Positions 48,337 through 61,609 of a DNA stretch of 64,000 nt are shown here, in pieces; positions within the stretch are counted from its first letter, which is position 1, and every line of letters starts with the position of its first letter. Origin of the DNA: Octopus vulgaris (lineage: Eukaryota); contig OX597822.1 of assembly GCA_951406725.2 (NCBI GenBank), positions 112,220,001 through 112,284,000 of the forward strand, in the 5' to 3' direction. A program made the position numbers and the translations under genes. The notes beneath the pieces are model-generated. The model was not told where the DNA came from. It was given only the letters and a program-made list of their open reading frames with translations, and did no database searches.

Positions 48337-50859
48337 TATCTAATTCCACCTCATGTATTGAGTTCTTTTTTATCATATTGTTTTGTTGATTATATATATA
48401 TATATATATATAATACAAATAAGAAAATGGAGAAACAAATTTAGCTTGTTCATCAACTTTCGGATATTATAATGTTGGATCATTTATTCATTTTACAAAA
48501 TGAGAACCTTAATAGCATACATATATATCTTATAATTCAATACATATAAGATAAGAATACAAATTATAAAAATCATAATATATATATATATACACAGAGA
48601 GAGAGGTAGATAGAAAGGAAGAAAGAGAGCTTAGATATTTTCTCTATTGTGAAAAGTGTGTATTAGGAAACTCAAGAGAACTACATTAAATTTATCTTAA
48701 ATTTTCTGGTACACATTGTTTGTGAATGAAACTGTGTAATCATGTTGCCAACTAATGTCTAATATGCAAATTACTTCTAGCTGTTTCAGCTAAATACTAG
48801 TTTGTAACTGATATAAATAGTAACTGCTATGAAGTTCTCTTAGAAGGCAAAGACCTGAGAAGTGCTTGTTTTCTGGACACATGTCAACCAACATTGAAAT
48901 ATGCCAGGACAATTTACTTACTTTACTGTGTGAGAAAAGAATAACAAGATGAATGCTCATTTTTTTTTTATTTTACACAGTGTTAATGTTACACACAATT
49001 TCATATCACCAGTTTTGAGTGTAGGTGTTACAGATTATAGTTTGTTTGTGTGTGTATGTATCATCATCATCATACATCCATTTCCCATGCTGGCATTAAA
49101 TGATAATGGTCCTGTGCATGGATGCATCTCCTGTTAAAGTGCCCTATGATTTGAAGTTTGTACTTTCACTTCTCACCAACGGATAACTTTTTGCATCTTC
49201 ATCTTGTGTTTTATTCTTTTTTTTCTCTCTTTTATTTAAAAAAATATTTTCACAGTTACTAGGTCTTCATCAGACTTGTTGGATAAAATATCCTGTATAT
49301 ATACATGTGTCCATACATACATATGTATGTAAGTATGCATGTATGTATTGTTTATTTATATTATTAATACAAAAACCAGAAAAGTACTCAATACATGTTG
49401 GTGTTAGAGTTGTGTATAAAGTACTGCCGCATATGTATAACAGCTTTCTTTGCAAGCTGTCATAAATATGTGTCATGTATAGAATCTATTTATTCTCTTC
49501 CCATGTATGTTCTATGTGGTGCTGGCAATATTTGTGATTTATTTATTTTTCTAAACTGAATCTCTGTTTGATGATGTTTGTGTGTGTGTGTGTGAGTTCT
49601 GTCTTTAAGTCTTCTCCCAGTGACCAGTTCTTCTCTAAACATCATCTGTACTACGTGCTTAAAGCATTATTTCAATTAAACAAATCATTCTCTTATAATC
49701 ATTTCTTATTTTTAAAACATTCAATTTATTTAATTAATTCTTTTTTTTTTTCGTATCTGAAAAATAATAATGAACCATACAGATTCTAACACCAGTGTGG
49801 TTTCATACTGTAAACACTTACACATCTGATATTACTAACGCTTACCCTGAGGATGATGTGATTTCATGATAACATCAAATAACTGTTTTTTTGCTTCCTG
49901 GTACATTGGTTTGTGTTTGGAAGAGCATTTGGTTGGATATTTTTACTTAACACATCTCTCATTTTCTTGTTCCATCCATCATGTGTAAATATTATTGCAA
50001 AATGTTTTAAAATTTTGGTTTAAAGGAGACCAGAAAGCATTAAAATACAAAGGAAATGTAGAAGAAAAATTACCTCCAGAATGAATATCTTCTTTTGCTG
50101 CTTCCGTGGATTCCTATGACTGTTGCCATCCAATTCCATTATTATGAATTCGAATTGGGATCTTGACTCATAGTGAATTTTTCATTAGCTAGCTACACAA
50201 CCATGGCCTCCACTCCTATGGATGCGTTGCAGTTACTCTCTTGATGGTGTTTGGTAATCCTGACCATTGATCTTGGAAGATTCCTCTGCTCAGCATCAAT
50301 GGAAGAAGCACCATTGGCTCAGTTGAGCTCTTCTGCTACCTCTTCACAATCTGTCCATGCTGTAGTCCCATGACTTCGCTGTATCCCTGGCAGGGTGGCT
50401 GAACAGGTGCTGCTGTGCCTTGCCAAAGGGCAGCCCATAACTATGCAGGGCACGGTTCTCACGGTCGTGAGGTATTTTCAAAATACTTGCACGCTTGGGA
50501 TAAAGGAAATGTTCTTGAAGGTATATTCTTGTAAAACGAAAATAAAGTTTTGGTTAATATCCTTGAACTGAAATACCAGAAACATGGTGTAAGAAGATAG
50601 GGTCTGCGGCAGAGAAAGCTGGGTCACTAGATGACCGGATGCAGTGGTGTATGGTATCTAGTTCTAGTTCAGCATTCAAATATCGACTTAGCTAACTTTA
50701 TTTTTCTTCCTTTCTCTCCAGAAGTAGTTAAAACTGGAAGAAACTCAGAGTAAGGAATTAATCCAAAGTCTACAACAGAAACCCATTTGTAAAAATACAT
50801 ATCATATATATATATATATGTGTGTGTATGTGTAGTTTAAGACAATCAGTATGTTGTCA

Positions 50860-50925
50860 TGATAGTACTCAGAGTTTCAAATGCTGGAGCTATGAGTTAT
50901 GATGCATTCTCATCAGATATTAATT
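50860..50925 (-). ncRNA. Hammerhead-like motif in the left PLE arm
   Basis: Minus strand reads CUGAUGA (50916-50910)-GAAUGC...GCAUUU-GAAA-CUC U GA-GUA. Helix I is decayed. A more decayed mirror copy lies on + at about 53045-53115. Confidence 0.6.
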
Positions 50926-51238
50926 GCATTAGATGTTATGAAAAAAAACGTTGAATAAAAGGGAAGTTACTCTAATAGGTAGGAAAAAGTATAAAAGAAA
51001 AAATGCACGCAACCATATTCTCACAATACATAGGCATAAAACCTCCTGCATTCATAATGCCTACATACATATGTACTCATACATATCCACACACACACAT
51101 GTATATGTGCACGCAACTTCATCCTCATATACACATAGATCTATGCCTGCATACATATATATCTAGACATTTATACATACAAATATACATATATATATAT
51201 ATATACAGTCTTACTCACCTCATATGCGAATATATATC

Positions 51239-51272
<34 letters not shown>

Positions 51273-51674
51273 TATACATCCTCCTATCATACACAACCAG
51301 ATATACAAGCATATGCATATACGTATAAAAGAAGTGGATGTGTGCTCGAAAGTCGCACTTATGCACCAGACACAGTCCTACACTCATATACATAGACGCA
51401 TACACATATACACACACGCACACACATATACATTTAATATATATATACATATACTTACACATGTACACAATCACACAATTAAAAAGGAAAAAATGAAAAA
51501 AATATATATAAAACAATAGAAAATGTTGAGACATATGGAAAGCTTGTGCAGGAACATAATAAAAGTGCAAATTCTATCCAAGATCCAGGATCTTGGGGGA
51601 CCCAAAACTGTAACAGGTATTTTGTCATATGTAGACATGATCCAAAAAGTTCAGTTCTTGAATTTAGACATATA

Positions 51675-52077
51675 GGCACAGGAGTGGCTGTGTGGTAAGT
51701 AGCTTGCTAACCAACCACATGGTTCCGGGTTCAGTCCCACTGTGTGGCATCTTGGCCAAGTGTCTTCTGCTATAGCCCCGGGCCGACCAATGCCTTGTGA
51801 GTGGATTTGGTAGACGGAAACTGAAAGAAGCCTGTCGTATATATGTATATATATATAGGTGTGTGTGTATATGTTTGTGTGTCTGTGTTTGTCCCCCTAG
51901 CATTGCTTGACAACCGATGCTGGTGTGTTTACGTCTCCGTCGCTTAGCGATTCGGCAAAAAGAGACCGATAGAATAAGTACTGGGCTTACAAAGAATAAG
52001 TCCCGGGGTCGATTTGCTCGACTAAAGGCGGTGCACCAGCATGGCCGCAGTCAAATGACTGAAACAAGTAAAAGAGT
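51675..52077 (+). mobile_element. Same SINE family as 9024, inserted into the PLE endonuclease remnant
   Basis: Full-length match. The PLE peptide continues on both sides. Confidence 0.88.
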
Positions 52078-52426
52078 ATGTAGTGGGGTCCAAGGAACTT
52101 TTCAGATGAGCCATCTTTCCATATCACAAAGACCACACTTGCCATTACCGTTGGTATAAGGTTTACACTTGGCCAAGGTCTTCCAGTAAATCCTACAGCT
52201 GAGACCTTGTTCTTTTAACAACCATATCTGACTGGATAATTTGGTAGTTTTCCGTTTATCCCAGTGTCTAAAGCTTAAGGTGAACTTTAAAATTTCCCTC
52301 CATGAGACCCACATGTCTAATTGATGAAACTGTGTTATTAACGTTTGTAGAATTTACAGTGGCTTCATATGTGCATACGTGTATATTCGTATATGCAGTG
52401 AGTGTGAATGTATGCCTGTATGTATG

Positions 52427-52468
<42 letters not shown>

Positions 52469-52559
52469 TATATTTAGCTGCAAAATGTCTAGATATAGAT
52501 GTATGCAGGCATACACCTATGTGTATATAAGAATGAAGTTGCATGCACATATACATATA

Positions 52560-52780
52560 AGGTGGCGAGCTGGCAGAATCGTTAGGATGCTGGGCGAAAT
52601 GCTTAGCGGTATTTCGTCTGTCGCTATGTTCTGAGTTCAAATTCCGCTGAGGACGACTTTGCCTTTCATCCTCTTGGGGTCGATAAATAAAGTACCAGTT
52701 TCGCACTGGGTCGATGTAATCAACTTAATCCCTTTGTTTGTCCCCTCTATGTTTAGCCCCTTGTGGGTAGTAAAGAAATA
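52560..52780 (+). mobile_element. SINE, same family, inserted in the right PLE arm
   Basis: Full-length match. It is absent from the left arm, so it post-dates the inversion. Confidence 0.87.
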
Positions 52781-53209
52781 TATATATATATATAAATATA
52801 TGTATGTGTGTGTGGATATGTGTATGAGTACATACATGCACATATTTTTGTGTGTGTATGTGCATGTACATATACATGTTTGTGTGAGTGTGTATGTATG
52901 TAAACGTTATGAACGCAGGAGGTTTTTATGTCTATGTATTGTGAGAATATGGTTGCATGCATTTTTTAATCTTTTATACTTTTCTCCTACCTATTATAGT
53001 AACTTTCCTTTTATTCAACGGTTTTTTTTTATAGCTTCTATTGCCATTAATAACCAACGAGAATGCATCGAATGCTCTTAACTCCAGCATTTGAAACTCT
53101 CAGTACAATTATGACAACTCACTGATTGTCCTAAAATATATAAATATCCTCTATTTACCTAATATCGAGGTCTCATTCTTTTCTCGTCACTTTTTTATTA
53201 TTATTGTTA

Positions 53210-53252
<43 letters not shown>

Positions 53253-53712
53253 ATGTATATATACATGCTAAAGCTCAACGTCTGTCTGTACGTTTATAGC
53301 CTGAAAGGGAGTAGAAGGAAAATAAAAACAAGGTATGTGTTCTCATCTAAAATTTTATGAGAAAGACAATGAGCTACATAAAATTTAGCTTCCGTTGTAA
53401 TTAGGGGACTTAAAGGGGCACAAACAACCCCTGTGAAATTAGAAATAACTCAGATTTCAATGAAAATAACAACATAACTACTAGGTACTACATAGAGATG
53501 ATTTTCAAAATTTTACCATCATACAATATTGTTTAAACCCTCATCCCCCCAATGGGGTTTATAACATTGGGCAGAGCCCCTTTGAAAGTGCAGATACATC
53601 CAATTTTCAAGGAAGATACATAAAATTTAAGTATTTATTCTTGGAATAAGTGTACTACAAAACTTCAACATTGCATATCTCATGTATATATGTATATTTA
53701 CGTGTGCATATA

Positions 53713-53747
<35 letters not shown>

Positions 53748-53962
53748 GTAGGGGGTTTTTAAATCAAAGCTGAACCTCTTCCTGTCGATAGTCCCAGATG
53801 AACCTACCTCATGGCAAGAGGTGCAAATGAGGGTAGCTATATCAAACTCCATTCTTCACCAAGTGCCACATATTAGAGGAGGCTCTTAGTAATAACAGTG
53901 TAGCACAAAACGTCGGTGCATCAGCATGGCCACTGCTCAGAACTGAAACTAGAAAAGAAAAA

Positions 53963-54004
<42 letters not shown>

Positions 54005-54024
54005 ATCCATATATGTATATGTCT

Positions 54025-54099
<75 letters not shown>

Positions 54100-54271
54100 T
54101 AGATAGATATGTGCATAGACATATATGTAAGTATACATCTATATACACATACATGTATATTTATATATATACACATATATGTGCATATATATATATATGT
54201 ATATATACATGTAAGTATACATACATCTATGAATATTTAAATACATACATATATATATGTATATACATATA

Positions 54272-54311
<40 letters not shown>

Positions 54312-54313
<2 letters not shown>

Positions 54314-54700
54314 CCATCTTGCCATCGTATACTCGCTTCCTTCTTCCAGCATGTCTCGCACAGCCCTAACACGTCGCACCTGATCTTCTTCCTCTCCTCC
54401 ATTAGGTGGTTCAGTTCTTGCCACCCTGCCATAGACCTGCAGTTGTAGGTGCATATGGCAAGTTTAGTCCTGTTCCATGACGGCTTTCGGGAACCTGTGA
54501 TTCTTAGCAGCCTCTCGTCGCTCGAGTTGCACTCCGCCGTCATGGAGTGGCCCGATTGCCGTGCAGGGTACTGAGGCCCTTTTCCTTTTCTCTTCGTTCT
54601 TCGTGCTGTTTTAGCCATAAGATGACGCCATCCCACTGGCTGGGCGGGCAGGCCGGTATATTGTTGGTATTTCATCAGATGGAACTACAGGAGTAGTTGA
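54312..54700 (-). mobile_element. LINE 5' fragment with AP-endonuclease N-terminus
   Basis: [13 protein letters not shown]...[18 protein letters not shown] matches APE motifs I and II. Truncated at a (TA)n tract. Confidence 0.8.
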
Positions 54701-54787
54701 AAGCGCTAATATGAAATAATAATAATATATGATATATAAATAAATATATATTTTTACAACCATCCAGCATTCTGTGCATCTTTTTTC

Positions 54788-54829
<42 letters not shown>

Positions 54830-54837
<8 letters not shown>

Positions 54838-55075
54838 GTATATATATATTATATATACATATCATATATGTCTAATATGTATGTATATATATATATATAT
54901 ATATACATATCATATATGTCTAATATGTATGTATGTATATATATTATATATACATATCATATATGTCTAATATGTATGTATGTATATATATATATTATAT
55001 ATACATATCATATATGTCTAATATGTATGTATATATATATTATATATACATATCATATATGTCTAATATATATAT
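54830..55075. repeat. TA-rich minisatellite (about 5 units of 45-55 bp) in a microsatellite field
   Basis: Core atatacatatcatatatgtctaatat recurs with variable (TA)n spacers. Confidence 0.85.
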
Positions 55076-56599
55076 ATATAAATATATTGTATATATATTA
55101 TGTATATAAATATATTGTATATATATTATGTATATATATATATATTGTACATATATATATATAATGCCACAGAAACCGGGCCCATGAGCCTGTCTAGGCT
55201 TGAAAAGAGTGCATAAAAAAAATAAACTCACACACACACACATATATATATATATATTATATTTATTATATATATATATTATATTTATCATCATCATCAT
55301 TGTCTAATGTCCATTTTCCATGCTAGCATGGGTTGGATGGTTCGACTGGGGTCTGGGAAGCCAGAAGGCTGCACCAGGCCCAGTCTGATCTGACAATGTT
55401 TCTACAGCTGGATGCCCTTCCAAATGCCAACCACTCCCTGAGTGTAGTGGGTGTTCTTTAAGTGCCATCAGCACAGGGGCCAGGGGAGGCTGGCAAACGG
55501 CCACGATCTGTTGGTGCTTTTACGTGTCACCGACACGGACGCCAGTCAGGTGGTGCTGGCTTCTGCCATGTTTGGACAGTGCTTTTTACATGTCACCAAC
55601 ACGGGTACTTTAACTACAATTTCCATTTGATTTTTATTTTGATGTTGGTGTTGATGTACTTGACTCAATAGGTCTCCTCAAGAACAGCGGGTCACTCTAC
55701 GATCCAAGGTTAGCACAGCAGGCCGTCCTGCGACCCATGAACTCACTTCATTTGTTGGGTTTTCGAAGTCACAGCATATCTCATATATATATATATTATT
55801 CTTTTATTCTTTCAAATTGTTTCAGTCCAATGATGACTGTGGCCATGCTGGAGCACCTCCATTGTTGTCATCTTTCCACTTTCCACCTTTGTTGGAGCGG
55901 CTTTTGGTGAGGGATGGAGTTCAACGTTACTGCCCTCTTTTGAGCTTCTTGCCTAGATATTGGGTCATATATATATATATATATATATAATATGTATATA
56001 TAATATGTATATATTATTATTATATATTTATATATATATTTGATACTATTATTATTATTATTATTATTATTTTATATATATATAGAGAGAGATAGATAGA
56101 TATATGTATGATATATTTTATCTTGAATTCCAACTGTTCAAGAAATATACATTGTTATTAAAATGTACAGAAATATTGAGAGTGGAAAGAGATTAAAATA
56201 AGTGCTAGATAAGATGAACGTTAGAATTGAGTTAATCAACTTGAGAGGAGTTTGCAAACTAGTTTACATTCTCTGCAGGGCAATATTTATCTCACAGTAT
56301 TAATGTTTTGTGGAAGACACCATAGAATGTTCTGTATATGTGGGACTGTATTTCTGTGAGAAAAATGAATATTTTTAAACAACTTGGACACCAGTTCTGA
56401 TAGCTAGTTGAAGCCTGCCACTATTGCAGACATTTTTTAACTGATTATTTCCTCCTTTTGTTAGCATACTTACACACTTTCAAAGATTTCAAGTATGTAT
56501 TTTCTACCTATTATCTACGGTAGTGTGTAGGGTGTCCAAATGTGAAAATAATTGCACCAACGGAGCAGCATCATAGTCATGCAAACAGAAAACTTGATC

Positions 56600-57050
56600 A
56601 TAAATGTTTGGTTTTTCTGGTGATGAAAATTTTTCTGTTTGACCAGAAACTTCAAAAATACCTTGTTTGTGGTTCATATGAATGGACATAGTTGTGGCAA
56701 CGAGTCTTTAATGTGCTTCTGGGGGAGCCATGAAAGTGACATTAGTCAGGAACTGTTGAAGAGTAATTTGTTTTAGTAAAATAAAGTATTAATGGCAACT
56801 GGTATACCTATTGAGGGGTTATGGAGCTAGGTATCTTTCTAAACTTGTAGCCTTATAAGTAAAGAATTATGTGTTGGACATTACTCTAACCTGTTTGATG
56901 AGAAAATAGGTACTATATCACCTTATGATAGATGGCCTAAAGAAGTGCTTCCACTAATGAAATATAATTTTCAATGTGTCGTACAAATGTCTGAATTGGC
57001 AGACCCATCCAATCCTTAATCAGTATAGCTATATGATTGTTAAATGACTG
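56600..57050 (+). pseudogene. Heavily decayed piggyBac-like transposase remnant
   Basis: Frameshifted DIVV.NESLMCFWG (like DESLxxFKGR), then GYTY, then GYYIT..DRW (like GYxLYxDNW), in the expected order. Confidence 0.45.
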
Positions 57051-58852
57051 ATTGGAATAGATGGATGATCATATTTGGAAGGAAGGAAGCCAGGCAAGTC
57101 TATGAAGGGAATCAAATATTTCTTAAGTTTCATATTTTTATTCTCTTGAAATGTTACTGTGTGTTGGGTTTTTTTTTCCATTCCAAATCCAACACACAAG
57201 TATTATGAACAAGTACCATTGTTCATAATACTTCTGTAGAGAAGTAGAGGCCAAGATGGATAATACTGAAACCAAATGCTTTTCATTATTTAATTTTCTT
57301 TTTCTATTTCGTTTTTAAGTCATACCTAGACTGATCACGTTGTCATCTATCTGGATTTTAAATAAATACCTGTAATATACTGAGATTGATTTGGATGACC
57401 GTTACACATCTAGAAGAATAGGATCTTGTGACTTGCTACATGAAATCAGGAAGCTCAATGACGCAGAAGGCTAACAAAGTGCAATGTCAGAAAGCATATA
57501 ATTTTTGTGACTTGTTTGTTCCAAACTTATTCTGTATCTGAACCTTGTCAGAATCTGCTTTCATTTCTGTACCTGACAATAAAAAATTTACCACTGAAAC
57601 CAAGGGACTGTTTTATTCTTGCCTAGTGGGATGAAATCAAGAATACATTCTAGTATGGTGGTAGATATTGTGAAAACTGGGCTGTAGTATATGAAGGTCA
57701 ATATCTCTGTTCTGAGTTCAAATCCCGCTGGTTTTGATATTGTCTTTTTTCTTTGGCAGCACCAGTGTCAGAAGGGAAGTGATTTGTTTTATTTAAATAC
57801 AGTTCTTGCTAAAAAAAAATCGTTATCAATCATTACTTCAAGTCTGATTTGTCTAGCATGGGCTGAACAGATCTGCAGTTGTATTGCTACACCTGGAGTA
57901 AAAAGGAATGATTATGTTTCCCTGGAGACTAGTTATTATCATTGTAATTGAATGTAAATTAGTAAAATGCTCAGCACTCTGTCAGTGCCGTATGTCTGTC
58001 TGTTGGCAAAAACTCAGACATGTCATGGTGTATATATATATATTGTATGATATCAAAGACATCATATGCTGTATCAGTGTATAAATGTCCAGTTGTGTCC
58101 ACATCTACTTTATCAATTTATGTAGCAATTAGTCTGATATTAAAAGTTAGATTTTATAAGACAAATTAATTTATTTTTAGAAAATGATGATGATGATGAT
58201 GTTCTAAAAATATCAACTTGATCCAGATTGTCGACATTTTCCAAATGCAGCAGAATCTTCTTTTTATTCCAGTAGAACTAAAAGAAAAACACAAGAAAAG
58301 CCATTTCATGTTTACCTTGTGAACCTAACTGTGAATTGGAGAATGTCATAAAAATAACCAAACAAGTGAAAAGCTAGAATAAGCAAAAACAATATCTCAG
58401 AATTGGCACTTTGGTAATCAAAAAGTAAAAATAAAAACAAAAATAATTCTAATTTTAATTAAGTTGTTTTTTTTACAACTTCTGGTGATGTTTTTCTTAT
58501 TAGCAACAAAATTATTCGATTTTCTAAAAGTTTGTTGCTCTACTATTCTCTTCAAATATTCTTCTATTTTTCTGTAGCCTAACATGACTTCTTCAATGGT
58601 TATCTTCTTTCCTAGCTTCAGTGACCATTTTTTTTTTAATTAAGAAAAAAATTGGAGACTGTTACTATGCTTTCAGATACAGGAATATCTAAAAAGAAAC
58701 ATAAATACATTTGAAACTTTGTTTATTTTTCCAGTATCTACACTAATTTTTGCTTTTTACCAAACGTTGCATAAAATCATGTTAAATAGCAAATTGAAAG
58801 AAATAATGCAGAAGTATATTTAGTAGCACACCTTGAAGGTATACCTCTGTTT

Positions 58853-59084
58853 AAGGCGGAGAGCTGGCAGAATCGTTAGCATGCTGGGTGATATTCTTAG
58901 CAGTATTTCGTCTGCCGCTACGTTCTGAGTTCAAATTCCGCCAAGGTCGACTTTGCCTTTCATCCTTTCGGGGTTGATAAATTAAGTACCAGTGAAACAC
59001 TGGGGTCGATGTAATCGACTTAATCCCTTTGTCTGTCCTTGTTTATCCTCTCTGTGTTTAGCCCCTTGTGGGTAGTAAAGGAAT
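58853..59084 (+). mobile_element. SINE, same family
   Basis: Full-length. 16-bp TSD aggtatacctctgttt at 58837-58852 and 59085-59100. Confidence 0.9.
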
Positions 59085-59259
59085 AGGTATACCTCTGTTT
59101 CATTTCTCTTTAACCATTTTATTTCCATATTTCTGTTGAAATACATTGCCTTTATTACAATTCATTTTTTAAATGCAGAATTTTAGTAAAATAAGCTTGC
59201 CATTACGTTTATGTATTTGTTTTGCAAGATTCCTCATGTGGGAACATGTTGAAACAGAT

Positions 59260-59523
59260 ATCGTTATACTTGGAAACGGTCATTTTTTGCCAATTAAGCA
59301 TACATACAAATTATTTGATCTTCACTTTAGTTTTATTGGTTCAGGGCAAGAGGAAACGCATGGGACAGAGAGTCACTGAAGAGGTCACAGAATGTGTGAC
59401 CAAAGAACATTGACGAATGAATAAACAAAAAATAAATAACACTAATAAAATTAAAATTAAGATCAAATAAATAGCACGTGTGTTTGATTGGCAAAAAATG
59501 ACCATCTTCAAGTATAAAAAATC
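59260..59523. mobile_element. Old MITE with about 80-bp inverted arms
   Basis: ttatacttggaaacggtcattttttgccaat versus attggcaaaaaatgaccatcttcaagtataa. Confidence 0.7.
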
Positions 59524-60348
59524 TTTGTCATAATTGAACTGGTATTGAACCTAAATGAACATGAAATTTTGATAGAAACATTTAATTTAGATCGCTTTAA
59601 AATAAGAATTAACCTAGAACAAGGGGTGGCCTTAGATTGAGCAGGTATTAAAAGGATTAGAAGCATATTTATTAAGTAATTTAATCTATCAATCCTATTA
59701 ATTATCATAAAATAAGAGATTAATGAGTTAGTAATTATAGTAAAATTTCCTAAAGTTTGCTCTATATTTTGGGTTTAATTTCTCTGTGTTTATTTAAATA
59801 ACTTTTAATTACATAATGAGATAAGTTTAATTTATTATTGTTTCTTCTTTACAAAAACAGTTTTATGCTTAATTAAAAGAAATTATAATTAAAGTAAGGG
59901 TAATATTACGTGTTATTTCTGCTGTTTTAATCGCATCACTACATTCAAAGACAAAAATATCACCTTCTTGTCTGCATCGTATAATTAAAGCGTTTGATGG
60001 GAATTACTTTTTTAGATCTTAGTTTTGTTTATATTATATATAAAAAAAAATGTTAATTATTTTTCTGTTAATTTGTTTTGCTGTAATAATTACAAGTAAC
60101 ATTTGATTAATTTTAACTGAAATCCTTGCAGAATATGAAATAATTCCTCACACACCCAATGAATATATATTTAGACAGAAAAGAAGAAATGTAATCAATG
60201 ACCAACTGTGATGCAAAATCAGTTAATTTTTTTTTTTTAGATTTGTTACATTTAATCACATAAATGCTTCGTTTCCTACAGGAAATTTGTTTTAGTTTCA
60301 TATAATTAATTAACGAAAGCATTGGATGTCTTCTTCATGGTTTGTAAA

Positions 60349-60725
60349 TATGGCCCAGTGGTTAGGACAGCGGACTCGCGGTCATAGGATCGCGGTTTCA
60401 ATTCCCAGACCGGGCGTTGTGAGTGTTTATTGAGCGAAAGCACCTAAAAGCTCCACGAGGCTCCGGCAGGGGATGGTGGTGATCCCTGCTGTACTCTTTC
60501 ACCACAACTTTCTCTCACTCTTACTTCCTGTTTCTGTTGTACCTGTATTTCAAAGGGCTGGCCTTGTCACTCTCTGTGTCACGCTGAATATCCCCGAGAA
60601 CTACGTTAAGGGTACACGTGTCTGTGGAGTGCTCAGCCACTTACACGTTAATTTCACGAGCAGGCTGTTCCGTTGATTCGGATCAACCGGAACCCTCATC
60701 GGCGTAACCGACGGAGTGCTTCCAC
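60349..60725 (+). mobile_element. tRNA-derived SINE, head A + tail X (near-identical to 14898)
   Basis: Direct match over about 375 bp. Confidence 0.9.
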
Positions 60726-61097
60726 AAATATCTATCTTATTGCAGACATTCTGGTCAAGATTCTTAATTTTCTATTTCCTCAGCACTTCTGAAGAAAGTT
60801 ACCTCTAAAACACAAGTATTCTCTAGAGATACTCCACACATCTGCTTTAAGCATCATACTCATGAAAGGATTAACTTAATTTAAATCAGAAAGACCTTTC
60901 CTCATTTTTTAAAACAATTTTAAGCCTGTTGGTTGGCAGCGAGATTGCTTGAACGCAGCCAATGTGGCTGTCAATCAGCTGTAATCCAACCAGCTTTCAA
61001 TGGTCAAGGACCTCAAATCTAATTTGGCTGTGGAAAATTTTATGTGTGGCTGTGTTCAACTTCATTTTGGAGCCAAATAATTATTTTGCTTTTCTGC

Positions 61098-61157
<60 letters not shown>

Positions 61158-61449
61158 GTGAAAACTTCTCTTTTCTAAGGTTCATGATTTGAGTCTTTTC
61201 ATATTTATCTGCTGCTATTTCTGTGTTTATTGTCATTAATGAAAAACTTTTATATATTTTTTTTTTACATCTTTAAATCTTTGTATTAATGGACACCTTG
61301 TATGCTTGTGGGTTGTTCATCTGATATAATATTCAAACAACGTTTTGATGACACTGTAATCTATTTTAAACAAGATCCAAATAATTGTACAGAATTCACC
61401 AATTATTTTTTCCTGTTTGTGATATTTTATTTATTCCAGAACCGCACAA

Positions 61450-61480
<31 letters not shown>

Positions 61481-61569
61481 ATTGGATTAGATGTCATTTT
61501 TTAGTTATCTTCAAGGAGTGTTGATTTTAATTGATGTTTTTATTTCATTTCTTACTTAAATATTATTTA

Positions 61570-61609
<40 letters not shown>

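Larger units (their letters stand above)
50836..53134 (-). mobile_element. Decayed Penelope-like retroelement: GIY-YIG endonuclease remnant between inverted terminal repeats
   Basis: Minus-strand peptides YEATV...HVGLMEGNFK, SFRHWDKRKTTKLSSQIWLLKEQG...W...KPYTNGNGKCGLCDMERWLI and LNSRTELFGSCLHMTKYLL (about 52372 down to 51610, frameshifted and split by a SINE) follow the PLE GIY-YIG pattern. Inverted arms at about 50836-51235 and 52380-53134. Confidence 0.8.

Noticed and set aside
49240-49885. Hammerhead-like fragments (ctgatgaagac...gtgaaa on minus near 49270; ctgaggatgatgt...acatcaaa on plus near 49850)
   Set aside because: Cores are incomplete and helix I/III are unsupported, so they cannot be distinguished from chance.
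53842-55300. YI/IY-rich ORFs
   Set aside because: Translations of (TA)n and (TG)n microsatellites.
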